A DNA stretch of 64,000 nt from a virus (Duplodnaviria; Heunggongvirae; Uroviricota; Caudoviricetes). Below are positions 19,383 to 27,026 of this stretch, in pieces (position 1 is the first letter of the stretch; every line of letters starts with the position of its first letter). The stretch is taken from the IMG/VR virus record IMGVR_UViG_3300014205_000201; one strand, given 5' to 3'. Position numbers and translations under genes: made by a program. Below the pieces are notes generated by a model, which saw nothing but the letters and a program-made list of their open reading frames with translations, did no database searches and had not been told where the DNA came from.

Positions 19383-19595
19383 ATGACCAAAGATAAATGG
19401 ATTCAATCAGTAGCCCCAACAAAAGGAGCACTCCATAAACAACTCGGCTACAGCCAAACAGAACCCATACCCAAAAAAGTATTACATGACATCGTAGGCA
19501 CCAACATAGGAAAACACAGCCATGGTCATACTGTAACGCCATTACTTAAACAACGGGCAAACTTCGCATTGAACGCACAGAAACGCCGGAAGTAA
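19383..19595 (+). CDS. hypothetical basic protein (70 aa)
   Basis: first gene of the plus-strand block. Confidence 0.4.
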   Translation: MTKDKWIQSVAPTKGALHKQLGYSQTEPIPKKVLHDIVGTNIGKHSHGHTVTPLLKQRANFALNAQKRRK

Positions 19596-19822
19596 TACCA
19601 TGTATAAGGAATACCGCTTTCCAATCCAAGACGAAACGAAAGCGCGGCGAAAACAAGAAGAACTCCAAAAAACCTACGGTGTAAAGATCCCCGCCTATAA
19701 GATTCAGACGGCTAGTGGCGACCAGTGGTTCTCGCTGGTGTATCCAGAGGGATTGCAACCAAAGGTTAAAAAACGTTGATTCACCAGTTTATTCTGATTT
19801 GTCAGTGCATGGAGAAATATAT

Positions 19823-19942
19823 ATGCAAAAACTAAATGATTTAGATGCTAAACAATATTACTGCATAAAATGCGGAACCAAAAAAGTATCTACCGAAAAT
19901 TCAGTCTGCGAAGACTGCTACCTAGATGGATACCAGAGGTGA
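19823..19942 (+). CDS. zinc-ribbon mini-protein (39 aa; CIKCG...CEDC). The track ORF 19715-19942 is probably N-extended.
   Basis: SD GGAGAA 7 nt upstream of the ATG at 19823. Confidence 0.4.
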   Translation: MQKLNDLDAKQYYCIKCGTKKVSTENSVCEDCYLDGYQR

Positions 19943-20135
19943 CACAAATACGCCGAAAACAGAAAAACCAAAAATTAGCCCCACTCAAATACGCATGGGA
20001 ACACAACACGAATTAGAACACACCAGCAGCCGAACCGTAGCTAAAAAAATTGCCATGGATCACCTAAATGAGCACCCAAAATATTACACCTACCTAAACA
20101 AGATGGAAAACCAAATGAAGCGAAAAGGTATATGA
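19926..20135 (+). CDS. hypothetical protein (69 aa)
   Basis: co-directional packing. Confidence 0.4.
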   Translation: MDTRGDTNTPKTEKPKISPTQIRMGTQHELEHTSSRTVAKKIAMDHLNEHPKYYTYLNKMENQMKRKGI

Positions 20136-20241
20136 ACGATTCAGGTTACCTAATTCTCGCAACAGTCACAGTCATCTCATGCATATTATGCTATATTGTT
20201 TGTCTACGATTATCCAAAAATAGCTTAGGTTCAAATGAATA

Positions 20242-20742
20242 ATGACATATTTTGATATTATTCGGCTAGCCGCCCTAATTGCAGTAATTGGGTATGCCGC
20301 CTGGCAAGATCACACAGTAACCATAAAGTTTGAACATAATGGTAAAATGGTTGAAGGTGGAGAAGTTAGAAATAAAACATGGCTTTATGCTCCTTTTGGG
20401 TTATGTTTAACATTTATTGCAATTTATCTTAATCCAGAAACCGCTTTAATGTCATTTCTCAGTATGGGTGCAACAATTGTTTTAGTATTAATTCTTGATC
20501 GCGTCGGCGGCATGGGAGGCGCTGATGGTAAAGCATTTCTTACAATAGCAGCCAGTATGCCACTTACACCCTTCAATATACAATTGCCAATAATGATGTA
20601 TCCGCTAGCCGTGATTTTAGTGTCAGCATTGCTGTCATTTGGGGTTTCATCAATAAAGCAGAAAAATGTGCCTATGCGTGATCGTCATGTACGATTTTTG
20701 CCTTACGTGTTTGTCAGTTTATTCATAGCATTGCTGATATGA
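20242..20742 (+). CDS. polytopic membrane protein; candidate A24-family prepilin/preflagellin peptidase (TadV/CpaA or FlaK-like)
   Basis: GGMGGADGKAFL resembles the GxGD/GGAD catalytic-Asp motif; an earlier Asp at WQDHT; size about 166 aa with 5 TM. Confidence 0.35.
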   Translation: MTYFDIIRLAALIAVIGYAAWQDHTVTIKFEHNGKMVEGGEVRNKTWLYAPFGLCLTFIAIYLNPETALMSFLSMGATIVLVLILDRVGGMGGADGKAFLTIAASMPLTPFNIQLPIMMYPLAVILVSALLSFGVSSIKQKNVPMRDRHVRFLPYVFVSLFIALLI

Positions 20743-21101
20743 TAAAACTTAAATGTAATAAGCGCCAATATGGTTGTTGAGTGATAATTAAGCCCGTGAT
20801 GTTAGCTACCAATCTCCGTTTTTGCAAGCCAATATTCTACCTTGAGTTATCTTCATTTTGGTTTTAACCTAGCTAATGGAGTGGGATATATCACTCACTT
20901 TTCACTTCTAAAAGTAACCTTTTTATGCATAAGCAAGCCATCTCTATTTTAGATAGATATGACCGGATTTAAAGAACAAGCCTCAGACATGACCAAACGC
21001 TACACAAAAGAAGTAATCGGCTCATCCAGCCCACATTTTGAACCAGCACAAGCAGCCATAAACAAAATCCCCGACATGTACGCTCCAGAAGAAAAACTCG
21101 C

Positions 21102-21112
21102 CAAACGGAGAC
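21102..21112 (+). promoter_or_regulatory. CAAACGGAGAC box, copy 1 of 3, 9 nt before the ATG at 21121
   Basis: identical 11-mer, including an SD-like GGAGA. Confidence 0.45.
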
Positions 21113-21120
21113 GCTAAACC

Positions 21121-21618
21121 ATGGGCGTAACCAGCTACCTAAAAGGCAAAGCAAAAGAAGCAATAATCAATGCAAAAGCAGAACACGCATACAACAAAGC
21201 TGAACGACTAGAACGCAGAGAACAATACAATAAAGGTTATCGTGAAGGACAATATAAACGCGGCCAAATTGAAGGCGCAGGCGGAATCACACCAGCAGGG
21301 CGACCAGCACAAGCAGGCAGAGCAAGCGGAGGCGGAACAAGAACGCCAGTAAAAGCAGCAGGAGACATCTTTGGCGGATTCGGCGGAGGCATCGGTGGCG
21401 GAATAGCATTCGGAGGATTTGGAGAAGAACCACGGCAACATGCAGCACCCCCAATGAGAGAACGAGTAATAAGCCCAAGTGGAAAAGTCACAATACGCGA
21501 ACCCTTCCAACCTAAACAAACAGCACAAAAAGCAGAAGATCCCTTCGGATCATTCTGGGGTGCAGCACCAGTTGGAAACAGTAAAAAAGAAGCAAAACAT
21601 CCGTACGATATTTTTTGA
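21121..21618 (+). CDS. Gly-rich protein (GGFGGGIGGGIAFGGFG) with a K/E-rich N-terminus, 165 aa
   Basis: preceded by a CAAACGGAGAC box; the antisense ORFs are compositional artefacts. Confidence 0.5.
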   Translation: MGVTSYLKGKAKEAIINAKAEHAYNKAERLERREQYNKGYREGQYKRGQIEGAGGITPAGRPAQAGRASGGGTRTPVKAAGDIFGGFGGGIGGGIAFGGFGEEPRQHAAPPMRERVISPSGKVTIREPFQPKQTAQKAEDPFGSFWGAAPVGNSKKEAKHPYDIF

Positions 21619-21753
21619 TTAAAAAAAGTATGCAAGCACAATACATTACTGTGCTTTACCATACTTGACTTCACTTTACATAATAATGCTTTACTTAATT
21701 ATTTAACAAATTGTAGCAAAACCTTTTAAATCTTTCTGAGCAATACTCTATCT

Positions 21754-22140
21754 ATGAGCACCTTTCAGAATGCATCACCAGAACCACGAAAAGTCTTCCT
21801 CGACCTACTCATGAAAAACGCAGACTTCTTAGGCCAATTAATGGCAATGAGCAAATACCCAGAAGCACTAGGACAAATGCTAAGAATTGCTACCGATGTA
21901 AGATTTTTGGCAACTAAAGAAAAAATTGAACCGCTATACAACAGATTAGAATATTGGGTTTATGTAAGCACCAAATATACAAATAGAGAACTGCAAGCAG
22001 CAAACCTAGAATTAAAAGGTATATTACAATCAGAGTTCTTCAGTGAACTACAACTAGGTATTATACCCACAAGTACACTAGCCACAGAGAAAAACGTACC
22101 ATCCCAAAAAGCATTAGGCGAATCAAGCAGCCATATCTAA
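21754..22140 (+). CDS. hypothetical protein (128 aa)
   Basis: BRE/TATA-like ccttttaaat about 25-35 nt upstream of the ATG. Confidence 0.5.
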   Translation: MSTFQNASPEPRKVFLDLLMKNADFLGQLMAMSKYPEALGQMLRIATDVRFLATKEKIEPLYNRLEYWVYVSTKYTNRELQAANLELKGILQSEFFSELQLGIIPTSTLATEKNVPSQKALGESSSHI

Positions 22141-22152
22141 TCCCAATCAGGC

Positions 22153-22947
22153 TTGTTATGGCAAGCCTTATATTTCTACTTTAACAAAACATATAATATG
22201 CCAATTATAAAAAATCAACGCATAGATGAAGTCCCAACAGAAGATTGGCTAACATACATAGACCTAGCGTCAAAAATAGATTATTCACAAGCCAAACAAA
22301 TACCTCCCTTTCAAAGATGGCTTTGTGCAGTATTAGCCATAGACTGGTTAACTGGAAAAAGAATAAATGAAATACTACGCTTAAAACGCAAAGACATTAC
22401 ATTCACAAAAAGCGATATAAAAATAAAATTTATGGTAGGAAAAAAACGAGCTAGAGGAAGCCCAATAGAATTACAACCTTACCAAAAAATAAGAACAATT
22501 GAACACAAAGCTATACCATACATAATCAGCTATTTAGATGATTATGACAAAAGATTAGAAAGCGATCCTGAAATAGCCCAATACATCAAAAATATGGGCA
22601 ACTATATTTTTCCCTGTCCATCTAAGCCCAGAACTAAAGTTGTTAAAACAAAATTTACAAATGGCAAAGGAGAACAAGAAGTTAGAGCTTATACCTATGA
22701 ACAGATAGGTGGATACATGAAAGAAGAAAACGCATTCTTCTGGCTACAAAAAATTAACAACCAGTTACCTCAAGAACGCCGGATTTACTTTCACTATGGG
22801 CGGCACTCAATTGGGTTACATATGGCATACCAAGGAAAAAGCCCGTACAAGATAGCGGAAATATTAGATGAAACAGTTGATGCTGCATTACAGTACACTA
22901 AGCATTCATCTGGTTACGATAATGATTGGCGAAATGAAAAGGAGTAA
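22153..22947 (+). CDS. tyrosine recombinase/integrase-like protein (264 aa)
   Basis: box I Arg (GKRINEILRLKRKDI); HYGRHS (HxxR); catalytic Tyr context LQYTKH. Confidence 0.55.
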   Translation: MLWQALYFYFNKTYNMPIIKNQRIDEVPTEDWLTYIDLASKIDYSQAKQIPPFQRWLCAVLAIDWLTGKRINEILRLKRKDITFTKSDIKIKFMVGKKRARGSPIELQPYQKIRTIEHKAIPYIISYLDDYDKRLESDPEIAQYIKNMGNYIFPCPSKPRTKVVKTKFTNGKGEQEVRAYTYEQIGGYMKEENAFFWLQKINNQLPQERRIYFHYGRHSIGLHMAYQGKSPYKIAEILDETVDAALQYTKHSSGYDNDWRNEKE

Positions 22948-22952
22948 AACTA

Positions 22953-23966
22953 ATGTCATCACCCATAAATGTCGATGTAAAAATACAAACTGAATTAAGA
23001 AAACAAAAAATTGCCAAATTACTAAAAACAGCAACACAAATGGGGGTAGTTCATACAGGATGGTCAGCTATAGATTATATGCGATATGCAGCATTGCACC
23101 ATGGGTGGGAATCAACCTGTATTTCAGGATCTAAAGGCACACTAAAATCAAACCTACTCTTACAACACGGATTAGCCTTATGGCAAGATTTCGATAAAGT
23201 CCTTGAACATTTTATTACAGATCAAGACAGACTCTTCGAGTTAATCCAATATGCCATAGATAACAAAAAATGTTTACCCTGGGTAGGCGTAGATGACATA
23301 GCAATGATTTTCCCAAAAAGCCTATACTTCAGTAAACGAAAACTATATAGCGAATTACAAAGCTGCTGGGAAGCAGTCCGCACAGTTTTCGCAAACTTCG
23401 AGTTTAGCTGCGTCATTAAAAGAAAAGTCGCTAGCTTTATACTAGAAGACATAACCTCCGACATAAGATGTTACAAACCTGTTTTCTTAGATCATGCAGA
23501 TGGAACTAGCGATTGCATAAAAAGTCACTATAGTTATAGACGCTGGCTCTGGTTAACAAACTATAAAGATCCAACCAGAGATTTAGCAAAATTAATCACA
23601 GTTGAAGAGATACCTTTTCCAGCTACTCCCGAAGCATTGATAATTGATCCTGAGTTAAAGTCAGGCACGTTCTATTCAGGAGGCAAAACTTACAAGGGTG
23701 AGGAGTTCTTTAGGGAACATGCATGTTTAGCGGGCATCGACACCACGCGCTTTAAAAAGTATTGGGAATCAAGATTAGATATAGCTGAGAAGGGCTTCAG
23801 TAGATTAACTGCTATCATGGCCGAAGATAAAGAGAAGATCAGTAAACAAACTAAACTATCTAAAGAAGATAAAGCGGAGATTAATAGAGTCAATGCTTTA
23901 AAACGATGGCACCCCGAAGAAGTACACATTCCAGAGTCTGAGTACGATAAACGTAAACCTGCATGA
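22953..23966 (+). CDS. hypothetical protein (337 aa)
   Basis: CLPWVGVDDIAMIF is Walker-B-like; no clear P-loop. Confidence 0.5.
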   Translation: MSSPINVDVKIQTELRKQKIAKLLKTATQMGVVHTGWSAIDYMRYAALHHGWESTCISGSKGTLKSNLLLQHGLALWQDFDKVLEHFITDQDRLFELIQYAIDNKKCLPWVGVDDIAMIFPKSLYFSKRKLYSELQSCWEAVRTVFANFEFSCVIKRKVASFILEDITSDIRCYKPVFLDHADGTSDCIKSHYSYRRWLWLTNYKDPTRDLAKLITVEEIPFPATPEALIIDPELKSGTFYSGGKTYKGEEFFREHACLAGIDTTRFKKYWESRLDIAEKGFSRLTAIMAEDKEKISKQTKLSKEDKAEINRVNALKRWHPEEVHIPESEYDKRKPA

Positions 23967-24020
23967 TCTCATTTTACGGATTTCGTTTTTAAAATGCGAA
24001 ATGCGAAACGACATATAGTG

Positions 24021-24044
24021 TAATTATATAATATATTATATATG
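24021..24044. repeat. AT-only tract taattatataatatattatatatg
   Basis: adjacent to the iteron hub. Confidence 0.6.
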
Positions 24045-24084
24045 TTAGCATCTGTTCGGCAGCCGTCCCGTCTGCATGTATGTC

Positions 24085-24106
24085 TTGTTAAACTATACTT
24101 TAACAA
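24085..24106. promoter_or_regulatory. perfect palindrome TTGTTAAA-N6-TTTAACAA
   Basis: the same 8-mer arms recur inverted at 24239-24255 and as TTGTTAAC at 24303. Confidence 0.55.
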
Positions 24107-24132
24107 AGGCTTAATGGGGTGTTTCCAACAAC

Positions 24133-24157
24133 TGCCAGTTCTGGGCAAACTGTCAGC
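24133..24157. promoter_or_regulatory. copy of the pervasive IR motif (ctgccagttctgggcaaactgtcag)
   Basis: CCAGTT-N8-AACTGTCAG. Confidence 0.5.
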
Positions 24158-24179
24158 GCATGGACTTATCCATACATAT

Positions 24180-24310
24180 GGGGTACTGACGGATACTGAA
24201 AAACCATAGCCCCCATGGGGTACTGGGGGATACTGTTTTTTAACAATTTGTTAAATAGGGGTACTTGCGGTTTAAAGATAATCCTTAAATCTATTCGGGG
24301 TACTTGTTAA
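24180..24310. repeat. four iterons GGGGTACT(G/T) at 24180, 24217, 24258 and 24297 (about 40-bp spacing); two carry GGATACTG
   Basis: candidate origin or regulatory hub. Confidence 0.6.
24239..24255. promoter_or_regulatory. perfect palindrome TTTAACAA-T-TTGTTAAA
   Basis: operator-like. Confidence 0.55.
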
Positions 24311-24313
24311 CAT

Positions 24314-24454
24314 ATGCCAACAAGTGACCCAGCCAAGCTAGCTGAAAAACGTAGGCGCAATAATGCGACTTATTACGCTAAGCATCATGGCGGCCAAGCT
24401 TCTCAATCGGAAGACTCGGAAGAAGATAGTGTTGCCGAGTTTTTCAGCAATTAA
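24314..24454 (+). CDS. 46-aa basic/acidic mini-protein (MPTSDPAKLAEKRRRNNATYYAKHHGG...)
   Basis: hand-translated; sits inside the iteron hub. Confidence 0.4.
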   Translation: MPTSDPAKLAEKRRRNNATYYAKHHGGQASQSEDSEEDSVAEFFSN

Positions 24455-24455
24455 A

Positions 24456-24496
24456 AACTTAGTAATTTATTGCTAAGTTTCCCCCCTATTTTTATC
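24456..24496 (+). terminator. 7-bp stem hairpin AACTTAG-N10-CTAAGTT followed by TCCCCCCTATTTTTATC
   Basis: intrinsic-terminator-like. Confidence 0.45.
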
Positions 24497-24651
24497 TTAA
24501 ATTTAGATAACGTGCTCTTAGGGTTATTGATGGTTAGCGCCGGTTTGTTTGTAGTTTTTACAATAGAGCTTTAACTTAGTTGTATTTTTTGGGCTGTTTA
24601 GGTAGCAAGGTTTTAAATACTCTATTGTACAATTTGTTCAATGTTAACAAG

Positions 24652-24662
24652 CAAACGGAGAC
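24652..24662 (+). promoter_or_regulatory. CAAACGGAGAC box, copy 2, before the ATG at 24672
   Basis: the extended GGAGACTAAAC also occurs at the hammerhead 2 cleavage product. Confidence 0.45.
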
Positions 24663-24671
24663 TAAACAATC

Positions 24672-24815
24672 ATGAACCAAAAAAGCAATATCGTAAAAAG
24701 CGAAACTCTCCCAATAAAATTATTCTATAACCCCAAGATGGTGACAGAAAAAGAATTAATCCGCGCCATTGAACACTTATATGGTGTCAGTGGTTGGGTC
24801 AAGGAGAGCGTTTAA
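24672..24815 (+). CDS. 47-aa protein (MNQKSNIVKSETLPIKLFYNPKMVTEKELIRAIEHLYGVSGWVKESV)
   Basis: CAAACGGAGACTAAAC box then ATG. Confidence 0.5.
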   Translation: MNQKSNIVKSETLPIKLFYNPKMVTEKELIRAIEHLYGVSGWVKESV

Positions 24816-24816
24816 A

Positions 24817-24990
24817 ATGGCGGTTATTGAATTTGCCAACATGGAAACGCAACGCGCCCTAGAACGATTCAGTCCATACCACAAAGAACCACCAACCCCA
24901 GTACAAAGACTCCCGAACCTCCCCGCAAAAATCGCCTATCAAAAAGTAGTCAACGGCAAACCCGTTATCACCATAATTACAAAGGAGTAA
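24817..24990 (+). CDS. 57-aa protein; the track ORF 24769-24990 is N-extended in frame
   Basis: SD AAGGAGAG precedes the ATG at 24817. Confidence 0.5.
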   Translation: MAVIEFANMETQRALERFSPYHKEPPTPVQRLPNLPAKIAYQKVVNGKPVITIITKE

Positions 24991-24997
24991 AAAGACA

Positions 24998-25132
24998 ATG
25001 ACTGAAAAAGCCTTCAAAGTTGTTTTCGAGGTTATGGTTTATTCCACCAATACTGATAACGCCATAACTATTGCCCGTAACCTAATCACAGAATATAACG
25101 AAGATGACGTAACCGCAACCCCAGAGGAATAA
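24998..25132 (+). CDS. 44-aa protein (MTEKAFKVVFEVMVYSTNTDNAITIARNLITEYNEDDVTATPEE)
   Basis: SD AAGGAG 8 nt upstream. Confidence 0.5.
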   Translation: MTEKAFKVVFEVMVYSTNTDNAITIARNLITEYNEDDVTATPEE

Positions 25133-25175
25133 CTGACAATTATCTAAGAACTGGCGAATAATGGAGAAATAAAAA

Positions 25176-25670
25176 ATGTCAACACAAATCTATCCAGAAA
25201 AAGACGCAAAAAAAGTTTGGCGATTTGAAGAATTAACGCTAAGTATCCAATGGGTAAGAGATCATTACTGTGGATATGTACGCTTTAAAGAACGTCCATT
25301 TAGAGAAAAGGGTTATGATGGTATCTTAACCTATGTGCCCGTTCATGGTGGCATAACATATGCCGATCAAGATAAGCAAGGCATGGTTTACGGCTTTAAT
25401 TGCGCACACTGTGGGGATTATACAGGCCCCGTCTATGAGCAAGCACCGGAAGGTTACAAAGTTTGGCAAGAAGACATGGTAATAGCAGAAACAGAAAAGC
25501 TAGCTAAGGGATTACTTGCTGCCGTCAAGTTTGAAAAGCGTTATTTAACTAATATCAGCAATAAAGGAAAAGCAAAGGTAATAGACGAATATCACAAAGA
25601 GTTAGGCGAGAAGTTCAATGTGGGCGATAACTTCGGGGCATCGCTTAAACTTCTAAGTGGGAGACTCTAA
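25176..25670 (+). CDS. hypothetical protein (164 aa; CAHCGDY)
   Basis: co-directional packing. Confidence 0.5.
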   Translation: MSTQIYPEKDAKKVWRFEELTLSIQWVRDHYCGYVRFKERPFREKGYDGILTYVPVHGGITYADQDKQGMVYGFNCAHCGDYTGPVYEQAPEGYKVWQEDMVIAETEKLAKGLLAAVKFEKRYLTNISNKGKAKVIDEYHKELGEKFNVGDNFGASLKLLSGRL

Positions 25671-25710
25671 CAGTAACTGCCGATTGAACATAAACCGCCA
25701 GGTGTTAAAA

Positions 25711-25803
25711 ATGAAATGTACATATTGCGGTAAAATAATGAAAAAAGAAAAAGGGAAAAATAAGTATATTTGCTCTTGTGGAACTTGGGGTGAAAAACTA
25801 TAA
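25711..25803 (+). CDS. 30-aa zinc-ribbon mini-protein (MKCTYCGKIMKKEKGKNKYICSCGTWGEKL)
   Basis: hand-translated; ends 23 nt before hammerhead 1. Confidence 0.4.
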   Translation: MKCTYCGKIMKKEKGKNKYICSCGTWGEKL

Positions 25804-25805
25804 TT

Positions 25806-25831
25806 TGCCAGTTAAGCTTAAACAGTCAATC
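25806..25831. promoter_or_regulatory. IR motif copy (ttgccagttaagcttaaacagtcaatc) overlapping the stem I 5' strand of hammerhead 1
   Basis: CCAGTT-N9-AACAGTCA. Confidence 0.5.
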
Positions 25832-25901
25832 ACCCCGATGAGCTAGCGCAAATCTAGCGAAACACGCCAAGATTATTTTATTGGTGTGTCGGTGACGTTG
25901 A
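25826..25901 (+). ncRNA. hammerhead ribozyme motif 1 (type I topology); the core has C at position 4 (CCGAUGA)
   Basis: Stem I 5' strand UCAAUCACC. Core CCGAUGA. Stem II GCUAG-CGCAAAU-CUAGC. GAAA. Stem III ACACGCCAA / UUGGUGUGU (9 bp including one G-U) with a 10-nt loop. Cleavage triplet GUC with C17 at 25890. Stem I 3' strand GGUGA-(CG bulge)-UUGA. Confidence 0.55.
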
Positions 25902-25943
25902 GATGTAAAGGACGCTAAACCCCCATTGAGGTGTAAAATAAAA

Positions 25944-26004
25944 CTCCACTGATGAGCTAGCGAGATCCTAGCGAAATACTGCACACCGTGGTATATGGAG
26001 ACTA
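25944..26004 (+). ncRNA. hammerhead ribozyme motif 2 (type I); canonical CUGAUGA core
   Basis: Stem I CUCCA / UGGAG. Stem II GCUAG-CGAGAUC-CUAGC (same helix as copy 1). GAAA. Stem III AUACUGC / GUGGUAU (7 bp, two G-U) with loop ACACC. Cleavage after UA, at 25995. Stems I and III covary completely with copy 1. Confidence 0.7.
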
Positions 26005-26011
26005 AACCGAA

Positions 26012-26344
26012 ATGATGCAAGGCGATAACATACCAAAACTCTATAAATGCGTTTATCCGCCGGAACTAGGCGGAAGGACATTAAAACAAGACAAGCTAGC
26101 AGTAGGTGAAAAATTTAATAAGGTTGGCTCATCCTTAGAAAAACATTTCCGAGATTTTGCAGAGAAAAACTTAGCGTTAATGCCTAATGCAAATTATTCG
26201 GCAGCGCGGTTTTTTAAACAAGAAATAAAGGGGAACGGTTGGGCTAGGGGAATGTATTGGAATAAGTCTTATCTATTTATCCCTATTAATGGGGCTAAGC
26301 CTAATGATTGGAGCGACTATTATTTAATTAGCTTTTTTTCTTAG
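26012..26344 (+). CDS. hypothetical protein (110 aa)
   Basis: ATG lies 16 nt downstream of the hammerhead 2 cleavage site; the post-cleavage 5' end UGGAGACUAAACC carries the SD. Confidence 0.5.
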   Translation: MMQGDNIPKLYKCVYPPELGGRTLKQDKLAVGEKFNKVGSSLEKHFRDFAEKNLALMPNANYSAARFFKQEIKGNGWARGMYWNKSYLFIPINGAKPNDWSDYYLISFFS

Positions 26345-26353
26345 GTGGCTAAT

Positions 26354-26548
26354 ATGAAAAATCTTAAAGTTGTTGGTTCGGCCTCAAGCAAAGAAGCATT
26401 AACCGCACTAATCAATAAAAAACTTTATTCGGTTAACTGGATTATAACGAAAGACAATAAACCATTTAATACCAAACTAAACAAATATCTAGAAGGTTGT
26501 TTTATTCGCCAAAAAAATAACCGTTGGCAATTACTAAAAGCAAATTAA
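26354..26548 (+). CDS. hypothetical protein (64 aa); the track start at 26345 is a GTG
   Basis: SD AGGTGG upstream of the ATG at 26354. Confidence 0.45.
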   Translation: MKNLKVVGSASSKEALTALINKKLYSVNWIITKDNKPFNTKLNKYLEGCFIRQKNNRWQLLKAN

Positions 26549-26566
26549 ATTAACAAGGTGCTAAAA

Positions 26567-26854
26567 ATGGAAACAAAAACAAAACTTCAATCTATAACAA
26601 GACAAGGCGATATTATCCTTTTAGACTTGTTATGTTTTGACCCCAATACTAAAGTATGGAATCTTGACGCAATAGCGACCCGACACGCTCAACAATATTT
26701 AGCAGCTAGAAGCCCCTTTTTAAAAGTTAAAAAGTGGGCAAAAATAGATGTACCCGGATTAGCGCAACCTTCCGACTGGCTTCAAAACTTACCAAATTTA
26801 GCACCGGCATATATCGCTAAGTTTGCCTATTGCCTACAAACTAATAAAATTTGA
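26567..26854 (+). CDS. hypothetical protein (95 aa); the track start at 26558 is a GTG
   Basis: SD AAGGTG. Confidence 0.45.
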   Translation: METKTKLQSITRQGDIILLDLLCFDPNTKVWNLDAIATRHAQQYLAARSPFLKVKKWAKIDVPGLAQPSDWLQNLPNLAPAYIAKFAYCLQTNKI

Positions 26855-27006
26855 AGAGTTAAAATACTGACTGTTAAACCTGAACTGTCAAGGCCAACGA
26901 TCAACCAATATTTTTTTATTTGTTTTTCTAAGTTTTTCCATTAAAAACATGTTGTACATTTTGTGCAAAGCTTTATTAGCAACCTTTAACACTATAAGAG
27001 TATAAC

Positions 27007-27017
27007 CAAACGGAGAC
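27007..27017 (+). promoter_or_regulatory. CAAACGGAGAC box, copy 3, before the ATG at 27027
   Basis: all three copies are followed by ATGAAC or ATGGGC. Confidence 0.45.
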
Positions 27018-27026
27018 AAACCAGAA

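Noticed and set aside
19383-19780. Apparent local GC-rich patch (19383-19780), a possible foreign insertion
   Set aside because: The impression is by eye only and the segment is short. It contains plausible small genes in operon context, so a compositional-island claim is not supportable without computation.
21208-21674. Three overlapping minus-strand ORFs (21208-21528, 21237-21674, 21287-21478) antisense to the Gly-rich gene 21121-21618
   Set aside because: They lie opposite a GC/GGN-rich low-complexity coding region, which yields long stop-free antisense frames (Pro/Ala/Cys/Leu-rich). They have no SD and are mutually overlapping. The sense gene has an SD-like box and fits the plus-strand operon.
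24180-24310. Possible CRISPR array (GGGGTACT repeats)
   Set aside because: The repeats are only 8-9 bp, the spacing is irregular (37-41 bp), there are just four copies, and there are no cas genes. An iteron or operator interpretation fits better.
25826-26020. ORF 25826-26020 (-), 64 aa
   Set aside because: It lies entirely antisense to the two hammerhead motifs in an intergenic spacer and has no SD. The structured-RNA explanation accounts for the conservation.
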